Shown here piece by piece: positions 58,709 through 64,000 of a DNA stretch of 64,000 nt (within the stretch, counting starts at the first letter, position 1; each line of letters starts with the position of its first letter). The stretch is from Ostreococcus lucimarinus. Its lineage: Eukaryota. The translations under genes and the position numbers were made by a program. The stretch lies in assembly GCA_000092065.1 (NCBI GenBank), contig CP000586.1. The stretch is one strand, 5' to 3'. Under the pieces are notes generated by a model. The model was not told where the DNA came from. It saw only the letters and a list, made by a program, of their open reading frames with translations, and ran no database searches.

Positions 58709-59380
58709 TCAGCGCGGGCGCGCCGCGGCCGCCGCGGCCGACGCCTTGAACGCGTCGCGAACCGCGCGACTGGTCGCGTTCACGCGGTCCCTGATCTCGC
58801 CCAAATCCTCCTCGCGCGCGAGGTCGAGATACTTTGAAAACTTGTCGGGGTGCCAGCGCACCAACTCCTCGCGAAGCCTCGCGCGCGCGTCGCCTCTCGG
58901 CGCGTCCGACGTCAGAAAATCGCGAAGCGTCGCCGCGCGCGACGTCAGGGCGTCGTCGACGAACGGGAAATCTTTCGCCCGCATCGCTCGCGCGGGCGAT
59001 TTTCGCGCGCGCGCGCGCTCCAATCTTCGCCACGCGCGTCGATACGCGTCGATCGTCGTCGCCCCGGTCGTCGCGTCCGCGTCGCCGCGCGCCCCTCTCG
59101 TCGTCCCGTTCGCGCGCGTCGTTTCGCTTTTCCGCGAATCATTGTCTCTCGCGTTTCGTCTCGACGTCGCTTCTCGTCGTCCCGCGTCGTCGCGCGCGCG
59201 TCGTCGCCTCTCGCTCGCCGCCCACACGCGCGCTCGATGCGTTTCGTCGCCCAGCGGTCCCGTCGCGCTCCACTCGCGCTCGGCGCGCGCGTACGTCGCC
59301 CACGCGTCGTCGGCGCCCGACTCGAGCGCGCGTTCGTCGCGCAACCGCGCCTCGAACGCGTCGTCGTCGAGAATCATCGC
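58709..59380 (-). CDS. Hypothetical protein with a C-terminal J-domain-like HPDKF segment (…LVRWHPDKFSKYLDLAREEDLGEIRDRVNATSRAVRDAF), ~224 aa from MILDDD
   Basis: ORF 58709..59506(-) in an extremely GC-rich block where several frames on both strands are open. Weak support only. Confidence 0.3.
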   Translation of the reverse strand, partial: AMILDDDAFEARLRDERALESGADDAWATYARAEREWSATGPLGDETHRARVWAASERRRRARDDAGRREATSRRNARDNDSRKSETTRANGTTRGARGDADATTGATTIDAYRRAWRRLERARARKSPARAMRAKDFPFVDDALTSRAATLRDFLTSDAPRGDARARLREELVRWHPDKFSKYLDLAREEDLGEIRDRVNATSRAVRDAFKASAAAAAARPR

Positions 59381-59504
59381 GCGCGGTCGACGGCGGCGAC
59401 GTACGCGAGCGCCGAGCGCGACGCGCGGGTCCCCGCTTACGCGTCGCGCGGTCGACGCGGTCGCGCGTCGCTCGCGTCGACCGCGCCGCACTGCGCGACG
59501 CGAC

Positions 59505-59583
59505 ATGCCGTCGGCGTCGACGTCGTCGTCGATCGACGATTCCGCGCCGCTCGCCGCGATCGCGCGCGCGATCGCGCGCGACG

Positions 59584-59615
<32 letters not shown>

Positions 59616-60260
59616 CGCGACGCCGACGGTATCGGCGCGCGCGCGATCGCGGCGCGCCTGGACGCGACGGCGGAATCGTCGCAAAGAAAAAATGCGCCGA
59701 CGGACGCGTCGAAACCGCGACCGCGACCGCCGAAACCGGATTGGGGGTGCGCGCGGTGCGGGACGCGCGTGAACGTCGTGCGGTGGCACAGCGCGGACGC
59801 GAAGTGGTACTACCATCACAGCCGCACGCGCATGTGCAGGCGGTGCGAACGCGAACGCGAGGCGCGAGAGCGCGGAAGACGCGAGGCGGCGGCGACGACG
59901 ACGACGACGACGCGCGACTACGACGACGACGACCACGACGACCACGCCGACGACGACGGGACGGCGAGCGACGACGACGGGACGGACGACGACGCGCGCT
60001 TCGGCCGGGTCGCGCGAGCGACGCGACGACGGCGGTGCGGCCAGTGCGGCTCTCAGACGAACGTGGAGACGTTCGACGCGAAGACGCGACGGTGGACGTG
60101 GACGCGACCGAAGACGCGCATGTGCGAGGGGTGCGACGAGGCGTACGAGGACGCGGCGCGCGCGTACGAGGCGATTTTCGCGAGCGAGACGCGCGCGCGC
60201 GACGGCGAACCGGCCCTCGCGCCGGCGCCGCCGACGTTCGTGTACGACGTCGCGGATTAG
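59505..60260 (+). CDS. Hypothetical protein with two C-x2-C-x24-C-x2-C zinc-finger-like motifs and a poly-Asp tract (~251 aa from ATG MPSAST)
   Basis: CARCGTRVNVVRWHSADAKWYYHHSRTRMCRRC and CGQCGSQTNVETFDAKTRRWTWTRPKTRMCEGC are repeated Cys4 units with conserved Trp/Arg spacing. The upstream part of ORF 58545.. overlaps the minus-strand gene and is probably artefact. Confidence 0.3.
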
Positions 60261-60360
60261 AGACGTTTAATGACGATACATTTGATGATAGATGTGCGAC
60301 GCGTTCGAAGCGCGTCGGCGCTCGGGCGCTTCGGCGTCACTCGTCGACGCGTCCCGCGCG

Positions 60361-61416
60361 ATGGCGTCTCGCGCGGCCGTCGACCGCGTCGTCGCGCGCG
60401 CGCGCCTCGCCCTCGAGCGCTGCGAGCTCGCGGTGCCGATCCATTTCGACGCGTGCGCGCGCGCCGCGCTCGCCGACTCCTCGCGCTGGGTCGTCGCGGA
60501 CGACGTCGACGCGTCGCGCGCGCACCCGCTCGTCGTCCCGCTCGCGCGCGCGGCGACGACGACGCGCGCGCCCGTCGTCCTCGGCGTCGCCGTCGGCGCG
60601 CGCGCCGTCGACGCGCGATTCGCGTCCAGCGGCGGGTTCTACGCGCGCGCGCGATCGGCGCAGGCGTCGACGCCGTGGGTCGTCGCGGGCGCGCGGGGCG
60701 CGCGCCTGCTCGCGCCGTCGGCGACGGCGATGCTGCGACGCGCGCTCGCCGAGGACGAGCGCGCGCACGGCGTCGGCGGCGGCGCGGCGACGGCGGCGTG
60801 CGGAAGCGACGCGCTGGACGCGTACGCGCCGGGAGAGCTGACGAATTCGCCGTACGCGACGCGCGTCGAGGCGTTTCTGACGCGACGCGTCGGGCGATTT
60901 CTGGACGCGGACGAAACGCTGATCGAGCGACACGTAGAGCGAGGGGACGTCACGAGCGCGCTGGTGACGGCGGAGTGGTGCGCGGACGGGCCGTACGCCG
61001 GGTGGTCCAGGCCGCACGCGGTGCACGCGGCGACGCTGGCGCGATTCGGACGCGCGGCGGAGGCGAGGGACCAGGCGCGCGTGGCGCTGAGCGTCGGACC
61101 GTGGTGGACGATGGGAGAGGACGGCGCGATGATGACGCAGATGCAAACGCTGAGCGGGTACGCGGGACGAAGCGCGGCGGACGTGCGGAGGACGCTCGAG
61201 GGAGGGGACGTGGACGCGGGAGGCGCGAGCGGCGGCGAACCGGCGCCGACGAGGGAGGAGACGGCGCTGAAGCGCGCGATGGACGCCATGGACGCGGTGG
61301 CGTGGGGGGAGCGCGGTGAGACGTGGGCGTCGGTTCGCGAGCGCGTCGCGGAGAGCCTCGACGAGGCGGGGTTGCGCGCGCTGTCCGCGCACGTGCTCGC
61401 GCCTTTGCGCGAGTGA
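60361..61416 (+). CDS. Hypothetical Ala-rich protein (~351 aa from MASRAAV)
   Basis: ORF 60292..61416(+) contains W/Y/F/M/H-containing segments (…VTAEWCADGPYAGWSRPHAVHAATLARFG…SVGPWWTMGEDGAMMTQMQTLSGYAG…), unlike the Arg-only antisense ORF 60337..61392(-). The surrounding DNA is ~75% GC, so confidence is low. Confidence 0.3.
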   Translation: MASRAAVDRVVARARLALERCELAVPIHFDACARAALADSSRWVVADDVDASRAHPLVVPLARAATTTRAPVVLGVAVGARAVDARFASSGGFYARARSAQASTPWVVAGARGARLLAPSATAMLRRALAEDERAHGVGGGAATAACGSDALDAYAPGELTNSPYATRVEAFLTRRVGRFLDADETLIERHVERGDVTSALVTAEWCADGPYAGWSRPHAVHAATLARFGRAAEARDQARVALSVGPWWTMGEDGAMMTQMQTLSGYAGRSAADVRRTLEGGDVDAGGASGGEPAPTREETALKRAMDAMDAVAWGERGETWASVRERVAESLDEAGLRALSAHVLAPLRE

Positions 61417-61510
61417 TTAGATTGTATTACGCGACGCGCGAATCGGTAGAACGTGTGTCGCGCGCGCGCGCGCTGGTGCGTTGTTTTACAATGTGTACAA
61501 TGTTCGTTCA

Positions 61511-64000
61511 TCATTCTAATTCTATAACCTCGCGATCGACGTCGTCGCCGTCGCCGTCGCGACGCCGCGCGTCGAGCGCGCGTCGAGCGCGTCCATCCGG
61601 TCGCTCGAGCAGCGCGCGCAATTCGCCCAGGGTCAAGCCTGCGTCCTTGCCCTTCTTCTGCAGGGCGACGTCGCTCGCGATGTCACTCATGGCGTCCGCG
61701 CGTTGGCGCGAAAAATTGTGCACGTTTTCTTCAATCGTGTCGCGAATGAAAAACCTGTGGACGCACGTCGGGCGCGTTTGTCCGATGCGATCGACGCGCT
61801 TGATCGCCTGGGCTTCCATTCCGGGATCGAGCACGGGCTCGAGCAGTAACACGTGCTGCGCTTCGGTGAGGTTCAAACCGTGCGCGCCACGCTTAAGCGG
61901 CAGCAACAGAACGTTGCACGCGGCGTCGTGCTTAAATGTATCGATGACGTCGCGAAACTTTGGACCAGAGACGCCGCGAACGAAGCGAATTTCATTCGCG
62001 CGCATCGCTTTTTCGACCACGTCCAGGACGTCGTCCCATTCAGAAAACACTATCATTTTAGCGTCATCCTCACGCAACAGCAAATATCTCAGACGTCGAA
62101 TGATCGCTTCAATTTTTGTGCCCCAGCTCCCGGAGACGAGCACTTGTTGTTCCCCGCCGAGGAGGTCGGCTTCGACGCCGAGCAGATCCGTAAGAAATCG
62201 CACGTCGCCTCCTTTACCGCGCCTCACGTAATCAGCCGCATCTCGCACTCCCGTGCGATTGTCAACGTTGTTCACGTACATCAACTCTTCGACGTACGCA
62301 CGAACGCGACAGGTGACGCACGACACTCTCTCCCCGTGCTCGCGTCGGACCAAGTCGAGAGCGCACGAGACGCACGTTCGGTGACCGCAAGGGAAAACAC
62401 ATATTTCAGCGTTAGTTCCCGCGAATGACACCATACAGACCGGACAATCAGTTGCTATAGTGTTTTCTCCGCCAGCGTTCTCCGCGCGAAGATTGTCCTC
62501 CAGATACTTGAGTTGAGACATCGCTTTGCGCAAATCCTTTTCGTACACGAGCTTTTGCGTCGTGTAGTTGACGCTCAAACCCTCCACTTCGTCTCGATAG
62601 ATGACCGACCCTCGGAGACCCTCGGGCACGGGATCGTTTTGCATCAACCAACCCGTGAACCGATGGAAGCCGTGCGGTGGAAGCTCGTGATCGTGCCGAG
62701 TGCGTATTCTCGCCACCGCCATGTCGAGCTCGTCGCGAGACGCGACTTCTTCCCTCTGTTGGACGATGAGCTGCGATATTTTGTAAAATTCCTTGCGCAT
62801 CTCTTCAAGCGCAGCGACGTGCGCCGCGGATTCTTCAACATACGAACTGGGTGCACTCAACGAATGCACCATGGGGACTAAAATACGAAGCACGGCTTCC
62901 ACCGAGCTCGCTCCACCGCGGTTGGTTTCCTCTCGTTCATACTTCCGACCGTAACGAGAAACGCGTGGCACAAACGTTTCCCTGTTCTGACTATCGTCGT
63001 CATTGGTGCGATTTTGCTGAAGCCGCAGGTTGCGAACACCGAATATCTTTGCCTCAAACTCCGAAAGTAACGGTTCGGCCTTGCAAAACATACACACCAC
63101 GCCGGGAAGGGCAAAGTCCGTATCTTTACGGCAGTTTGAGCACGAACCGATCGTACGCACATCATCTTCACTCGGATTTTCAACCCGTACGCGGATTTCT
63201 GAGACAGATTCCATGACTCTGGCGCGTGTGTTGTGAATTTCTTCCAAATCGTTCGCCATCGTCATCTTCAAACCGTCGGTGCTTCGAAAAGGTGCTTGCT
63301 TGTCTTGCCAGCGTCCATCCAAAGCTTCAAGCACACGCGCGAGTATATTCGACGCCGCAACATCTTCTGCGGTTCCTTCTGACGTCATCGCATGATCGAG
63401 GATGAATAGCCACCACGTGAATTTGTCCACGCGCGCGATCGAGCCAAACGCTAAATGCTTCGCCACGTTTGCACTCGTAACTTCGAGTTCGCGCGTCGCT
63501 GCAGGGACGCCGCCAGCACGCTGTGCCATGTATGCAGCTCGCTCTAAATTGGCTTCTTTTTCCAAATCATCGTCCCGTATCGTCGGTGCTATTATCTTGC
63601 CTTTTAGTAACTCTTTGTTCGCCTTGACTTCGCGCATGGCCAAGTTGAGATTGTGAAGCGCGTGAAGTCTTTGAAGGGTGTCCATCCGAATGCCTCGCTG
63701 CTTCCCCTCACCTTCGAGCTTAAGGACTTCACGATACGTTTCTATGACGATGTCGAAAGTTCCTAAAATCCAAGCGATCCCAGCGAGGGCGTTGAGCGAA
63801 AACGCCACGAGACGCTGCGCCTCTTCGGCTTCGATGCGAGCTCTTTCGACAAGCTTTTCAGAAATTTGCTCCATCGTCAACACGTTAGCGCCGGCGCGAA
63901 TACCGCCAGCAAGACCGTGTGATCCCGCTTGCGGATGATCACACGCTTGACGCAATCGCAACAAAGGTCCCATGACGCTCGATGCTTTGTTCGGTGGAAG
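61511..64000 (-). CDS. SNF2-family helicase with an embedded C3HC4 RING finger (SHPRH/RAD5/RAD16-like E3 ligase-helicase). C-terminal ~820 aa only; the N-terminal part lies beyond the window end
   Basis: LRLRQACDHPQ (SNF2 motif), a long helical insertion, RING CPVCMVSFAGTNAEICVFPCGHRTCVSCALDLV…CVTC, and helicase C motifs (KMIVFSEWDDVLDVVEKAMRANEIRFVRG…LLLPLKRGAHGLNLTEAQHVLLLEPVLDPGMEAQAIKRVDRIGQTRPTCVHRFFIRDTIEE). The ORF is open to the window edge. Confidence 0.8.
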   Translation of the reverse strand, partial: LPPNKASSVMGPLLRLRQACDHPQAGSHGLAGGIRAGANVLTMEQISEKLVERARIEAEEAQRLVAFSLNALAGIAWILGTFDIVIETYREVLKLEGEGKQRGIRMDTLQRLHALHNLNLAMREVKANKELLKGKIIAPTIRDDDLEKEANLERAAYMAQRAGGVPAATRELEVTSANVAKHLAFGSIARVDKFTWWLFILDHAMTSEGTAEDVAASNILARVLEALDGRWQDKQAPFRSTDGLKMTMANDLEEIHNTRARVMESVSEIRVRVENPSEDDVRTIGSCSNCRKDTDFALPGVVCMFCKAEPLLSEFEAKIFGVRNLRLQQNRTNDDDSQNRETFVPRVSRYGRKYEREETNRGGASSVEAVLRILVPMVHSLSAPSSYVEESAAHVAALEEMRKEFYKISQLIVQQREEVASRDELDMAVARIRTRHDHELPPHGFHRFTGWLMQNDPVPEGLRGSVIYRDEVEGLSVNYTTQKLVYEKDLRKAMSQLKYLEDNLRAENAGGENTIATDCPVCMVSFAGTNAEICVFPCGHRTCVSCALDLVRREHGERVSCVTCRVRAYVEELMYVNNVDNRTGVRDAADYVRRGKGGDVRFLTDLLGVEADLLGGEQQVLVSGSWGTKIEAIIRRLRYLLLREDDAKMIVFSEWDDVLDVVEKAMRANEIRFVRGVSGPKFRDVIDTFKHDAACNVLLLPLKRGAHGLNLTEAQHVLLLEPVLDPGMEAQAIKRVDRIGQTRPTCVHRFFIRDTIEENVHNFSRQRADAMSDIASDVALQKKGKDAGLTLGELRALLERPDGRARRALDARRRDGDGDDVDREVIELE

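Noticed and set aside
1-64000. Prokaryotic-style features (operons, RBS, CRISPR arrays, defence islands, integrases/transposases)
   Set aside because: The telomere, introns with GT-AG boundaries, TGTAA poly(A) motifs and the gene content show this is eukaryotic nuclear DNA. No CRISPR-like spaced repeats, transposase or integrase ORFs were seen.
1-64000. tRNA, snRNA and rRNA genes
   Set aside because: I scanned by eye for conserved T-loop words (GGTTCGANTCC or GTTCRAATC) next to plausible acceptor stems and found none, and there are no rRNA-like conserved blocks. This is a limited manual search, so a covariance-model scan (tRNAscan-SE/Infernal) could still find small RNAs.

Overview
This 64-kb window is the left terminus of a nuclear chromosome from a very GC-rich, gene-dense green alga (about 65% GC). 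It opens with ~35 copies of the plant-type telomere repeat CCCTAAA (bases 1-245), and the first gene ends only ~220 bp inside the repeats. The telomere type, GC content, compact convergent/divergent gene spacing, a nuclear PsaN gene and TGTAA polyadenylation motifs after several stop codons together suggest a Mamiellophyceae (Micromonas-like) picoalga; that is inference, not a database result. I could support about 40 protein-coding genes on both strands, mostly single-exon. Three genes (proteasome alpha-6, a VHS/GAT protein, PsaN) need short introns sharing a GTGCG/GTACG donor, an ACTGAC branch about 25-40 nt upstream of the acceptor, and a CGCAG acceptor. Confidently recognised products include malate dehydrogenase, an HMG-box protein, an ABCG half-transporter, RNA polymerase III subunit RPC8, tubulin cofactor D, MoeA, glucuronokinase, an Omp85/SAM50 beta-barrel, GPN2, proteasome alpha-2 and alpha-6, an MFS transporter, YjbQ, L-rhamnose mutarotase, PsaN, CNOT2, a DUF2358-SOUL protein, an MSH6-like MutS homolog, CDC27/APC3 and an SHPRH-like SNF2-RING helicase (partial). 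The most interesting object is a ~1670-aa predicted receptor: signal peptide, extracellular PstS-type phosphate-binding domain(s), one transmembrane helix, two complementary class III nucleotidyl-cyclase domains, and a degenerate receiver domain. That is a candidate phosphate-sensing cAMP/cGMP receptor. Other unusual architectures in single ORFs are a PPR repeat-TrmB fusion, a MoeA-glucuronokinase fusion, a METTL21-like methyltransferase-PhyH-like dioxygenase fusion, and a U-box protein with novel FRF...GDW...IEL internal repeats whose 5' coding fragment is duplicated 0.6 kb away. Extremely GC-rich, trinucleotide-repeat-rich intergenic blocks (20.4-21.1 kb, 25.0-25.9 kb, 58.5-61.4 kb) are open in all six frames and produce many spurious overlapping ORFs. 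No tRNA, rRNA, CRISPR or transposon was recognisable by eye. The ORF track uses GTG/TTG as well as ATG starts, so several listed ORF starts are not real initiation codons; I corrected these where the sequence allowed.
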